A stretch of DNA of 64,000 bases from an uncultured Candidatus Saccharibacteria bacterium (GTDB taxonomy: Bacteria > Patescibacteriota > Minisyncoccia > Phycocordibacterales > UBA918): NCBI GenBank assembly GCA_964643955.1, contig CAZXUO010000004.1, positions 3,882-67,881 on the forward strand, given 5' to 3'. The stretch's first letter is position 1, and each line of letters begins with the position of its first letter. The position numbers and the translations under genes are program-made. Below the pieces are notes generated by a model, which worked only from the letters and a program-made list of their open reading frames with translations, searched no databases and was not told the origin of the DNA. This document shows positions 9,283-18,174 of the stretch, piece by piece.

Positions 9283-10143
9283 TTAATTATTGTACCTAAT
9301 ACAATAGGCGTTTGTACCAATTATGGCTCCGCCGAACTCGTCCCTGATCATTTCTGTTTGTGGAATACCACCAGGCTTTGCTCGACATTCAGTCATGAAA
9401 TAGATGATGTCACTTTGTGGACCTCTTCCTATTGTTGCATTAGGTGCGTGAGTATATTGTCGTGAATCGAGAAGAGTTGTGGGAGCGGCTAGTTTTTCCT
9501 GGAAGGCCGCAGCCTCTTCTTGTGTCGGTTGGGTAATCGTCACCGGATCAGGTCTGGGATTTAAGAGGTCACCAGGACGCTGCTGTGTACTTGTCTCCAC
9601 CACCACCGCCGGCTCCGCAACGCTCTGCAGGGGCGACATTCTTTGCAGGATATCTAGGTTTAAAATATTTCTATTAATGGTCTGCAGTACCACGACTGTT
9701 GAGAGTATGATGAGAAGTCCTAGAAGTGAATTCTGTATATCCTTTTTGGCCTCTTCCTTTGAAAAAACCACATCAGATGACATGTATTTGACACCTGCCA
9801 CGATGATCTTTACAACAGCAATTAACGCCCCAATACCAACAGCGAGCCTGAATAGTACATTTATGTATTCAGGAAGTGTCCTGTTTGCACCATCGAGTCC
9901 CGGAAGATTGACGAGGGGTGTGTACACACCCTTTGCAGCTGGACCTTGCGCTGTATTACTGACAGTCGCTGGCTTGTTTTGGTTGACGTTATTACCCGGC
10001 ACAGTACTTTCGGGTGCTGTGTTCCCTATCGTTCCTTCAGGTCCCATGGGAATATATTCGTTTTCCTGGGCGTGGACAGCTCCGAAGAAAATCAAAAAAA
10101 TGAAGAGTGGACTAAATATTTTTACAAATGATGCTTTAGACAT
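9283..10143 (-). CDS. Pilin-like secreted protein, paralog A (signal peptide, Pro/Asn-rich linker, two hydrophobic helices, variable C-terminal domain)
   Basis: First 165 aa identical to 11303-12145 product; VirB2/TrbC-like hairpin of two hydrophobic helices (LFRLAVGIGALIAVVKIIVAGV / LLGLLIILSTVVVLQTI). Confidence 0.4.
   Translation of the reverse strand: MSKASFVKIFSPLFIFLIFFGAVHAQENEYIPMGPEGTIGNTAPESTVPGNNVNQNKPATVSNTAQGPAAKGVYTPLVNLPGLDGANRTLPEYINVLFRLAVGIGALIAVVKIIVAGVKYMSSDVVFSKEEAKKDIQNSLLGLLIILSTVVVLQTINRNILNLDILQRMSPLQSVAEPAVVVETSTQQRPGDLLNPRPDPVTITQPTQEEAAAFQEKLAAPTTLLDSRQYTHAPNATIGRGPQSDIIYFMTECRAKPGGIPQTEMIRDEFGGAIIGTNAYCIRYNN
9598..10077. repeat. 480-bp direct repeat, copy 1 (identical to 11597-12076)
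   Basis: Apparently 100% nucleotide identity over 5' halves of the two pilin-like genes. Confidence 0.8.
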
Positions 10144-10145
10144 AT

Positions 10146-11192
10146 CTAGTTAAAATGAATGGTGAACCTGCTTGTTGCAGATTGTAGGAGGGACTTAAGG
10201 TTCCGTATAGAGAAATCAATTTGTGTTGACCCAGTTGACCCAGACCTCCTTAGGGTGATTGTTTGGGGATCGTCATTTAGATTTTCAGCGGGCACCCCGT
10301 TTATATTCCATCCATATTGCGCGTTTTCAAATATACTTTTTGACATAAAGTACGGTTCAGCTCGAACACTTATTTCCTCACTGAGGAGCGTGATGTCTGA
10401 CGGTAGTGCATTTCTCGATAGCCCATGGAGAGGATTCTCTTCGTAAAAAATAATCCGAGGTTCTCTTGGAGTTATCTGTAAATAACCTGTATGTCGCGCA
10501 AGTCCGTCCGATGTTTCTGCTGTTAGTTCCACCAATGGTGTATCTGAGCGAGGCATGGTTGTAGTAAGTACGTTCATTCCGACGCCGGATTTAACAACTT
10601 GTGAGTTTATTTTCCAAGTGTAAATAAGGTTTTGTGTGCGAGCCACAGCACCGTTTGAGGTATAGATTGAAGGAAACGCAATGAGTCGAATGGTGCCGCC
10701 AGGACTCGGGAGGGAGCGTCCTCTGTAGAAATTAGGTATTTGTGTTTCACTTTCAACAATAATATCTATTGCACTTGGAATAATTGTCCGAGAAACGGTA
10801 TGGGCTAGACCACTTTGTTCGACTACTCGCACACTAATCTGAAGCGGGGTCCCAAGAGTCGGCGCGGTGAGAGATATTTCTTGCTGTCCAGCGTACTCAG
10901 AGACAGGTGTTCCATCAATGCTCCAAGTAATAGTCGCTCTATTTATGTCATAGGCATACGCTTCAACGCGCGCGACGAAGGGTCGTAACGCCTGTGGTGT
11001 TTCTGGGTTTGTAGTGAGGATTGTTTCACCGCCAGGAATTCCGATCTGTGCCGAGGCAACTGCGGTTGTTCCTATAAAAAAAAGAATCGTAGCAAGTAAG
11101 ACAAAAAATGAACGTATCCAATACACTCTCGATTTGACAGTATGCATACTATTTGAGCTTATTGTATCTTCAACAAATGTTTTTGTCCTCAT
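10146..11192 (-). CDS. Secreted hypothetical protein with Ig-like/beta-sandwich repeats (alternative start 11147)
   Basis: Signal peptide (MHTVKSRVYWIRSFFVLLATILFFIGTTAVASAQ), repetitive beta-rich sequence; lies between the two pilin-like paralogs. Confidence 0.4.
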   Translation of the reverse strand: MRTKTFVEDTISSNSMHTVKSRVYWIRSFFVLLATILFFIGTTAVASAQIGIPGGETILTTNPETPQALRPFVARVEAYAYDINRATITWSIDGTPVSEYAGQQEISLTAPTLGTPLQISVRVVEQSGLAHTVSRTIIPSAIDIIVESETQIPNFYRGRSLPSPGGTIRLIAFPSIYTSNGAVARTQNLIYTWKINSQVVKSGVGMNVLTTTMPRSDTPLVELTAETSDGLARHTGYLQITPREPRIIFYEENPLHGLSRNALPSDITLLSEEISVRAEPYFMSKSIFENAQYGWNINGVPAENLNDDPQTITLRRSGSTGSTQIDFSIRNLKSLLQSATSRFTIHFN

Positions 11193-11302
11193 TGGTTGTC
11201 CTCATAGTTAGCTCCTCGCTCTAGGTAAGTATTATATTTAGTCGTTATATACGTAGATTCGTCGTAAAAAGCATAAATGCCCCCTGCTTGATATCAAGCC
11301 GT

Positions 11303-12145
11303 TTAGGGGTTGAGACCGAGAATCTCTGCACAGCCTGCCTTTAAGGGAGGAGGATTTTTGACAAGATAGTTTGGAATTTCACACTGCATGACAGATCCAT
11401 CAGTTGTTTGTCGTGAGTGCATGGTTCCACCCTTACAAGAGCACTCAGCTCGCTTGTCACGAATGACGGCTGTCTGTCCTGAAGTTGATCCAGAAAGGCC
11501 ACCTGAAAAATCAATGGTGACCCCAGAGGAGGAGGCCATTCTTTGAAGATCTTCGTTTGGGGGCACGTCTACGAAGATTGCTGTCGGCGCCGGTTCCACC
11601 ACCACCGCCGGCTCCGCAACGCTCTGCAGGGGCGACATTCTTTGCAGGATATCTAGGTTTAAAATATTTCTATTAATGGTCTGCAGTACCACGACTGTTG
11701 AGAGTATGATGAGAAGTCCTAGAAGTGAATTCTGTATATCCTTTTTGGCCTCTTCCTTTGAAAAAACCACATCAGATGACATGTATTTGACACCTGCCAC
11801 GATGATCTTTACAACAGCAATTAACGCCCCAATACCAACAGCGAGCCTGAATAGTACATTTATGTATTCAGGAAGTGTCCTGTTTGCACCATCGAGTCCC
11901 GGAAGATTGACGAGGGGTGTGTACACACCCTTTGCAGCTGGACCTTGCGCTGTATTACTGACAGTCGCTGGCTTGTTTTGGTTGACGTTATTACCCGGCA
12001 CAGTACTTTCGGGTGCTGTGTTCCCTATCGTTCCTTCAGGTCCCATGGGAATATATTCGTTTTCCTGGGCGTGGATGGTATTGAATGGAATAAGTAGTGA
12101 AAAAAGAATACCCACTGCAGTAAAAAATTTATAAAGATCTAACAT
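11303..12145 (-). CDS. Pilin-like secreted protein, paralog B (Cys-rich variable C-terminal domain)
   Basis: Same N-terminal module as paralog A, different about 100-aa C-terminus (CSC...C...C); hairpin plus T tract downstream (11250-11300). Confidence 0.4.
   Translation of the reverse strand: MLDLYKFFTAVGILFSLLIPFNTIHAQENEYIPMGPEGTIGNTAPESTVPGNNVNQNKPATVSNTAQGPAAKGVYTPLVNLPGLDGANRTLPEYINVLFRLAVGIGALIAVVKIIVAGVKYMSSDVVFSKEEAKKDIQNSLLGLLIILSTVVVLQTINRNILNLDILQRMSPLQSVAEPAVVVEPAPTAIFVDVPPNEDLQRMASSSGVTIDFSGGLSGSTSGQTAVIRDKRAECSCKGGTMHSRQTTDGSVMQCEIPNYLVKNPPPLKAGCAEILGLNP
11597..12076. repeat. 480-bp direct repeat, copy 2
   Basis: See 9598-10077. Confidence 0.8.
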
Positions 12146-12154
12146 AGTATTAAC

Positions 12155-12643
12155 TCAATCAGAGCGTATGATTCTGCGTCGGAGGCGCATGGTATTTGTA
12201 GGCATACTTTCTTCGCGTTTCTTTTTTTCTTCGGCATCCTCACGCCTGACAATATAAATTTGGACGATGGTCCAGATAGTTATTCCAGGGAGCACATTCA
12301 GAAAGGGCATAAAATCAACAAGGAGCGCAATGAAACTCGTCGTTACTTTTCTTAGCACATATTCCCCCTTCATGAAGGAAACTCCTGAGAGGAGAAACCA
12401 TAAAATGAGGGTGAGGTAGCCCATCCCGATAATAGCCCACGAAAGGACGCTCTGTGTTGCTGTGGCTAAAAACATAAGTGCTGCAGCTGCAAGTCCGCCA
12501 AAAAAAGGGATCCATGATGCAAAAAAGCCCACAACTGACGCCATGAGCAATATAATTCCAGTCGCGAATTGTGCCAGATCAAACCCCAGGGCGATCACAA
12601 TCATGAGAGCAGCCTTTGTTTTGGAGATCCTCTCTTCTCTCAT
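12155..12643 (-). CDS. Small polytopic membrane protein (4 predicted TM) downstream of VirB4
   Basis: Hydrophobic profile; start overlaps the VirB4 stop by 4 nt. Confidence 0.35.
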   Translation of the reverse strand: MREERISKTKAALMIVIALGFDLAQFATGIILLMASVVGFFASWIPFFGGLAAAALMFLATATQSVLSWAIIGMGYLTLILWFLLSGVSFMKGEYVLRKVTTSFIALLVDFMPFLNVLPGITIWTIVQIYIVRREDAEEKKKREESMPTNTMRLRRRIIRSD

Positions 12644-14466
12644 TGTGTGCGATTTAATTCATCCATATCCCTTCGCTCCTTCTTGATCTGGAGAAGTTGG
12701 GATGGATCGGAGGTGATGATTTGGTCTTCGGTGTACGAGGCAATGATTTTAATCGCGACATGCTTAAGCCCTGCAAAGAAGATTCCCTCCCCTACGCCCG
12801 ACTCGAGCAGTAAGAACTTCTCTTCATCAGTGAGATTGAAGGTTTCTTGTACGCGATCGATCGAGGTCGGCGACTGCTTCATGAGGAGTTGGATCGAGGA
12901 GTTCGTCAGCATCGGTACGCCGTATGGAGAGCGGAGGAAGTCGTCGACGTCTTGAGTAATAGTCGAGAGACCGAGATAGTATTTGCGTCCGCGTTTTGCA
13001 ATACCATAGAGGAATGAAGCAGTATCTTCTGATTTCATCATCCACCACGCTTCGTCGATGACGAGGAGGCGCTTCTTGAGTGTGCGACGGATCGCGCTCC
13101 AAATGAAGTGTGTAATGATGTACATCGCGACCGTCTTGAGCTCGTCCTCCATGTCACGAAGCGAAAATACAACAAACTTTTGTTCGATGTCGACATTGGT
13201 CGCTTGGTTCATGAAGCCTGCCCACGTACCCTTTGTGTACTTCGTGAGACGCTGTACAAGTGACTCACTTCCCTCCATACCAGCGAGCACCATCTCAAAA
13301 TCAGAAAGAAGTGGTGGTTCGAGGCTCGAGAAGTCGCTGTCGCCCGTGATGTCTTTGAGTGCGTATGTCTCAGTAATAGCGCGGTCGATGATGGCGTCTT
13401 CTTCAGGTGTGAGCCCTGAAAGCATGATGCGGAAAAGACCGACGAGCGAAATGATGTGTGAGCGAAGGATGTCTTGCGGTGACTCGTCCTGCTGAGGTTT
13501 CGGAAGATCGAACGGATTGATGTGGTGGTTTGATGAGAGAGAAATATTGAAAAAGCGTCCACCGGTCGCTTCGGCAAGATATTCGTATTCTCGTTCAGGG
13601 TCGATGACGATGACTTCTGCACCAAACATGAGTGAGCGAAGAATCTCGAGTTTTGCAGCGTACGACTTACCCGAACCAGAAGTGGCAAAGGTTACGGAGT
13701 TGTAGTTCTCGAGCGAGAAGCGATCAAAGAGAATGAGCGAGGAATTGTGGCGATTGATGCCGTAGAGGATGCCGGTGTCTGCGGTGAGGTCAAATGAAGT
13801 GAATGGGAAGAAGCTCGAAAGCGGTGATGAATTGAGCTTGGTGTGCACCTCGAGTAAGTCGGTTGCAATCGGCATGACGCTTTTGAAGCCTTGTTCTTGT
13901 TGGAAAAGTGCAGGTTTGAGATACACGAGACGTGCGTCGAGCACCGCCTTGATCTCCCCTATCGTCTTTTCGATATCATCGTCAGTGTTTCCGTAGATTG
14001 CAAAATAGAGACCCACATTGAAGAGACGTTCCTCTGCTTGTTGGAGCTTGTCGCGAAGCTCCTCAAGGTTTCTATACGCAGCGTCGAGCTGTGGGTCGCG
14101 CACGAAGCCTTTTTCTGCGCGGACATTAATCTGGCTCTGCACTTCGGCAACCTTCTTTTGGAATTTCTTTAGAACCTCCGCCGTGTCCATAGGGTGGACG
14201 ACGATCGAGACATCAAATACCCGTTCGAGGTTGAGGATCGGCTCGAGCCAGCCGTCGTTGAGGTATCGCGGGAACGAAATTGCAAAGAAGGTACGTACGA
14301 GCTTTCCGCTCAAATTGATTTCTTGTGGCGTGATACCGACTGCCGATGGTGCAATCACGTCTTCAAGCGACATTACGCTCGCGTTTTCAATGTCGCGCGG
14401 AAGCACTGAAGAAAGGATGTTTTCTTCTTCAGGCTCTTTCTTTTTTATAAAATCAAATATTCCCAT
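12640..14466 (-). CDS. virB4: VirB4/TrbE/CagE-type T4SS ATPase (C-terminal 608 aa including ATPase domain)
   Basis: Walker A TSGSGKSYAAK, Walker B LLVIDEAWWMM, conserved VirB4 blocks (FFxxSFPRYL, IITQD). Confidence 0.8.
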   Translation of the reverse strand: MGIFDFIKKKEPEEENILSSVLPRDIENASVMSLEDVIAPSAVGITPQEINLSGKLVRTFFAISFPRYLNDGWLEPILNLERVFDVSIVVHPMDTAEVLKKFQKKVAEVQSQINVRAEKGFVRDPQLDAAYRNLEELRDKLQQAEERLFNVGLYFAIYGNTDDDIEKTIGEIKAVLDARLVYLKPALFQQEQGFKSVMPIATDLLEVHTKLNSSPLSSFFPFTSFDLTADTGILYGINRHNSSLILFDRFSLENYNSVTFATSGSGKSYAAKLEILRSLMFGAEVIVIDPEREYEYLAEATGGRFFNISLSSNHHINPFDLPKPQQDESPQDILRSHIISLVGLFRIMLSGLTPEEDAIIDRAITETYALKDITGDSDFSSLEPPLLSDFEMVLAGMEGSESLVQRLTKYTKGTWAGFMNQATNVDIEQKFVVFSLRDMEDELKTVAMYIITHFIWSAIRRTLKKRLLVIDEAWWMMKSEDTASFLYGIAKRGRKYYLGLSTITQDVDDFLRSPYGVPMLTNSSIQLLMKQSPTSIDRVQETFNLTDEEKFLLLESGVGEGIFFAGLKHVAIKIIASYTEDQIITSDPSQLLQIKKERRDMDELNRTQ

Positions 14467-14468
14467 AG

Positions 14469-15110
14469 TTATACCGGCAATGCCTTGTTACTTTCTGCAG
14501 GGTTGAAGAGGTGATAAAAGAGCTCGATTATTTCGTTGGTGCCGAGGGTGACAGTGCGTACGCCGATGCGGCTAAGTCCTTGCGTAACGACCGCAACGCG
14601 CTGCTCGATCTGAGTGCGGTCTTCATCGAAGCGTGCAAGTGATTCGGTATCTGCCTCGGAAGATGATTTTGTTCGGAAGACGTTTCCGAGTCCGCTAATT
14701 CCCCCACTGAGATTGAGTGTTGAGGGTGTGTATGAAATCACGACAAAGAAACTTTTTGTCATAATTTCGACTTCATTGGTGAGGTTCTCGACAAAGCCAA
14801 TGTATTCACGGAGCTGGACGCGCATGAGGTCATTGTCTTGTGCAGGCTCTCGCTCTCGAAGTAGTGCGAGGTACGGCTGGATATTGAGCCGGCGCGACTG
14901 CACATATATTTGGAGTGAAAAATCGAGTGTGTTGAGGAATGATTGAAATTGCGCAAGGATCGCATGCTGTTCGTCCTGTGATTTAAGCGCGAAGTTGATT
15001 GACGAAACCATGAGTATTGCGCGCATACTGCCATCTTTCAAGATTGCGATATCATCGCGGATCTCCTTTAGTGGTACAAACTCTTGTGCTGCTGGTGTGC
15101 TGCGTGCCAT
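14469..15110 (-). CDS. VirB4 N-terminal domain encoded as separate ORF (split gene or frameshift)
   Basis: PLKEIRDDIAILKDGSMRAILMVSSINFALKSQDEQ pattern typical of the N-terminus of monoderm VirB4/TcpF-like ATPases; stop TAA, 2 nt, then ATG of 12640-14466; combined 821 aa with Walker A near 470. Confidence 0.5.
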   Translation of the reverse strand: MARSTPAAQEFVPLKEIRDDIAILKDGSMRAILMVSSINFALKSQDEQHAILAQFQSFLNTLDFSLQIYVQSRRLNIQPYLALLREREPAQDNDLMRVQLREYIGFVENLTNEVEIMTKSFFVVISYTPSTLNLSGGISGLGNVFRTKSSSEADTESLARFDEDRTQIEQRVAVVTQGLSRIGVRTVTLGTNEIIELFYHLFNPAESNKALPV

Positions 15111-15113
15111 ATG

Positions 15114-15512
15114 TTATTTGTCTTTTTTTAGCGCGTTGAGTTCCAACTTTCGTGACAGCGAGGCGATGTTGTTTGAGGTTGGTGGTGTGTAGAGTGGCGT
15201 ACTACCGGCATACGAAGAAGTTACTGGCTTTTTATCAGTTTTTTTCCAGAGATAAAGTCGTGTTGAGCTAATGTAGCGGATCGCTGATTCAACAAAGACC
15301 GAAAGTGGCCGGTTGTTTACGGGGAAAAATGCAAGACCAGCAGCAAGAGCCATAATAGGCCCGGCAATAACCAAAAAAAGCAAGAACGGCAAGAGTATAT
15401 ACAGCATCACCCCAGCTCCTGCTCCACCTGCGAGGTAGATAAATTGCTTCCACGTAAAGGGACCGAAGATTTTGTCCTCCACTTCAATAAATTGTGGTAC
15501 TTCAAAACGCAT
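15114..15512 (-). CDS. PrgI-family (VirB3-like) small membrane protein
   Basis: MRFEVPQFIEVEDKIFGPFTWKQFIYLAGG... matches PrgI N-terminal motif, two TM helices, immediately upstream of VirB4. Confidence 0.55.
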   Translation of the reverse strand: MRFEVPQFIEVEDKIFGPFTWKQFIYLAGGAGAGVMLYILLPFLLFLVIAGPIMALAAGLAFFPVNNRPLSVFVESAIRYISSTRLYLWKKTDKKPVTSSYAGSTPLYTPPTSNNIASLSRKLELNALKKDK

Positions 15513-15568
15513 AACGATATCTCAAGTATACATCTTCGCACTCCATCGACCGACAAAACACGTGCGGA

Positions 15569-16135
15569 TTACGCGTGCGGCGGCACCGGGGGTGGTGAGG
15601 GTGGTAATGGAGACGAGGTTGGTACTACGGGAGTAGCAGAAGGTACTGGTGTTTGTACGGGAGTGTCTTGATATCGAGGTACGGCCATGAGTGGTTTTTG
15701 GTAACTTGGGACCGCATGCATTGGTTTATGTTGAGTTTCAATCTGAGGAGTAGGTATGCCTGATGCTGATGAATCAGAAGATGGTTTGTTTTCTTCCTCA
15801 AACTTATTGCGTTCTGTATAGACAGCATCAAGGATTGCTCGAATTTCAGGAGTAAAGACTCGCTCTGTAATAGTGGTTGTAACTTTTCGCGCAATCTCAA
15901 CTCGATTCTCGAGGAGAGCAAGGATACGTGTTGGGAAATCTGTGTATTCACGATACGCAAGTAGAACAAACACAATCTCGTCTTCAATCTCTCGAATCTT
16001 TTGTTCAGAAAGGCCGTTTTCCGAACCAACTTCCTGTATCTTTTCAGCGAGATCGGGCGCGAGTAGAGCTTCCTGAAGTACTTCAGGAAGCTCTCTCAAC
16101 CGCTCAGATAATTTTTTTATTGTGTCTTCATTCAT
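15569..16135 (-). CDS. Hypothetical protein with Pro-rich C-terminus
   Basis: ORF only; no recognisable domain. Confidence 0.3.
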   Translation of the reverse strand: MNEDTIKKLSERLRELPEVLQEALLAPDLAEKIQEVGSENGLSEQKIREIEDEIVFVLLAYREYTDFPTRILALLENRVEIARKVTTTITERVFTPEIRAILDAVYTERNKFEEENKPSSDSSASGIPTPQIETQHKPMHAVPSYQKPLMAVPRYQDTPVQTPVPSATPVVPTSSPLPPSPPPVPPHA

Positions 16136-16140
16136 AGGTT

Positions 16141-18171
16141 TTAATCCTCAGAGTCCTTCTTCCTCGCTTCTTTTAGTGCCGCAAGGAGGCTCTCCTCGCG
16201 CTTTTCTTCGGGTGTTTTCTTTCGGTCTTTCTCAATTGCTTCTGCCGCTGCGGCATTTTCTGCTTTCGTTTGTCGCAAGAAGCTTGGCGAGAATGAACCG
16301 CCGCGCTTCAATACCTCCGCATAATTTCTTTGACGCTCACCTTTGACCTTAGCGACTTCAGTTGCACGCTCAGTGAGTAGGCGCTTCTTCTCTTCTTCTC
16401 GCTCGTTTATTTCAACATTATGTTCAGCTTCAACTTGCTCGACCTGTAATTTCTGTGCATCTGCCTGTGCGCGGTATGCAGCACGCTCTCCCTCAGTAAG
16501 GCTTCTATCACCAGCCTGTCTCAAGAGATTTGAAAGTGTTTGTTTTTCTCGTGTCACCGCTTGAGTTTTTGCACGCTGGCGCACTTTAATATCTGCTTCG
16601 AGATTTTCTATCTGCTCTTTATGGAGCACCTCGGCTTTCTTAACTGCCTCTGTATCTTGACCAAGTGATTTTGCAAACTCAGTTTCCTGCTTAATGATAT
16701 CTTTTTGACGCTGCTCGTAGCCTCCCTTCTGAGGTTTTCCAAGATCGAGGCCGCTGAGTTTGGCGAGACCTGTTTTATCGAGCGTGGCGCGTACATCAAA
16801 ACTACTTTTAGCGACATAGCGGCTGCTCTTTAGAGCTGCTTTTGCTGCAAGGCCGCGCACGCCACCTTTGCTGGCAGCGTTATTGAGTGCTTCCGAATTA
16901 TTCGTGATATTTCCCAAGCGCCCAATAGTGTTTCTGCCGAGCGCCCCAACGGTTCCCGCTGCAAGGCGCGCGCCCATGCGAGTTGAAAAGTTGGCACCAT
17001 ATGCTCCCATTTGTTTTGCGACAATAAGTGATGCGACCATGAGGACTATAGTGAGACAAAAGAATGCAGCAGTAGTAAATCCTTTTTGTGCACCATTACC
17101 TACGAAGACCCCATCAAAATTTTGCGTTGCTGCGGTGTAGCCCTCAGCCACTTTCATGGTGAGGTAGAGCATGAAGAAAAGTGCAGGCGCAAAGAAAGCT
17201 TGTTCGAAAAGCGTCTTCCACCACTTTTTTGACCAGCTTTCAAGTGCAGGGAATACGCTTGCAGCAAATGCAATAGGAGAAAGCATCATAATAATGAGGA
17301 GTACCCCGAAGCGTATTGCTATAAGTAATGCAGCTGCAGCAAATACAAACGAAGCTGCGATCACGAATATCGCAATCCCAATAACAAATGGAATCATTGC
17401 GTCCCCGTCCGTGTTCCAACCGCCGACTTTCTTAACCATCGAATCTTTATGATTCGGATCAGGAACGGCAATGAGTCTAATGAGGCCCATTTGCGCCATG
17501 AAGGCTTCTCCGGCGTTAAGACCAGCGAGATTGGTCCCTTGGGCATTTTCGCCGATGCCCATATTATTATAAATTTGGATTGCTGTGACATTTGAGACAT
17601 CGATGACAACCTTTGAAATAAAGAGACTGAAATTGACAAGGAGTGCCCCCATAATTATCGATGTGAGCATTTTTTTGGTATCACTCCCGACATTTAAAAT
17701 AGTTCTGAAACCTACGTATACAAGACCGAATATAAATGTAAGATTGACCAGGTCGCGCACAATACTCCATATAAGATCAACACTTTGAGCAAGAGGGCCT
17801 TGTATCCAATAGCCCATTCCGAGGATGAAGTGTTCGATCGCTGCATTAAATAGGCTAACGGTAATATAGAGAACGTAGCCGACGATACCGATAATAAGTC
17901 CACTAATGCTCCATGATGGAATTATTTCCATTTTTTCGCCGGTTGAGCTCCGAGTTGCTGCGCCTAAAGCGGGATCATTTTTGACTTGCTCTAGCGTGAC
18001 TGCGCTTCCTATATCACCTCGTCCTTGGTTTATACCGATTGGGGAATAGTCAGGAGCCTCACCTGGATCGGGTTGTTGCGCGCGCACTACCAGAGGAGAG
18101 AATAAGGCGAATATTCCTGATATTAAAAGTATCAGGAGAGGTGCACTTATTTTAATAAAAGTGTTATTCAT
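16141..18171 (-). CDS. VirB6/TrbL-like polytopic membrane protein with C-terminal charged coiled-coil extension
   Basis: Signal peptide plus at least 6 TM segments and a long K/E-rich C-terminal tail; position in T4SS-like cluster. Confidence 0.45.
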   Translation of the reverse strand: MNNTFIKISAPLLILLISGIFALFSPLVVRAQQPDPGEAPDYSPIGINQGRGDIGSAVTLEQVKNDPALGAATRSSTGEKMEIIPSWSISGLIIGIVGYVLYITVSLFNAAIEHFILGMGYWIQGPLAQSVDLIWSIVRDLVNLTFIFGLVYVGFRTILNVGSDTKKMLTSIIMGALLVNFSLFISKVVIDVSNVTAIQIYNNMGIGENAQGTNLAGLNAGEAFMAQMGLIRLIAVPDPNHKDSMVKKVGGWNTDGDAMIPFVIGIAIFVIAASFVFAAAALLIAIRFGVLLIIMMLSPIAFAASVFPALESWSKKWWKTLFEQAFFAPALFFMLYLTMKVAEGYTAATQNFDGVFVGNGAQKGFTTAAFFCLTIVLMVASLIVAKQMGAYGANFSTRMGARLAAGTVGALGRNTIGRLGNITNNSEALNNAASKGGVRGLAAKAALKSSRYVAKSSFDVRATLDKTGLAKLSGLDLGKPQKGGYEQRQKDIIKQETEFAKSLGQDTEAVKKAEVLHKEQIENLEADIKVRQRAKTQAVTREKQTLSNLLRQAGDRSLTEGERAAYRAQADAQKLQVEQVEAEHNVEINEREEEKKRLLTERATEVAKVKGERQRNYAEVLKRGGSFSPSFLRQTKAENAAAAEAIEKDRKKTPEEKREESLLAALKEARKKDSED

Positions 18172-18174
18172 AGG

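Noticed and set aside
9479-12134. Plus-strand ORFs 9479-10153 and 11676-12134
   Set aside because: Antisense shadows of the two pilin-like genes, identical because of the 480-bp repeat, with no motifs.
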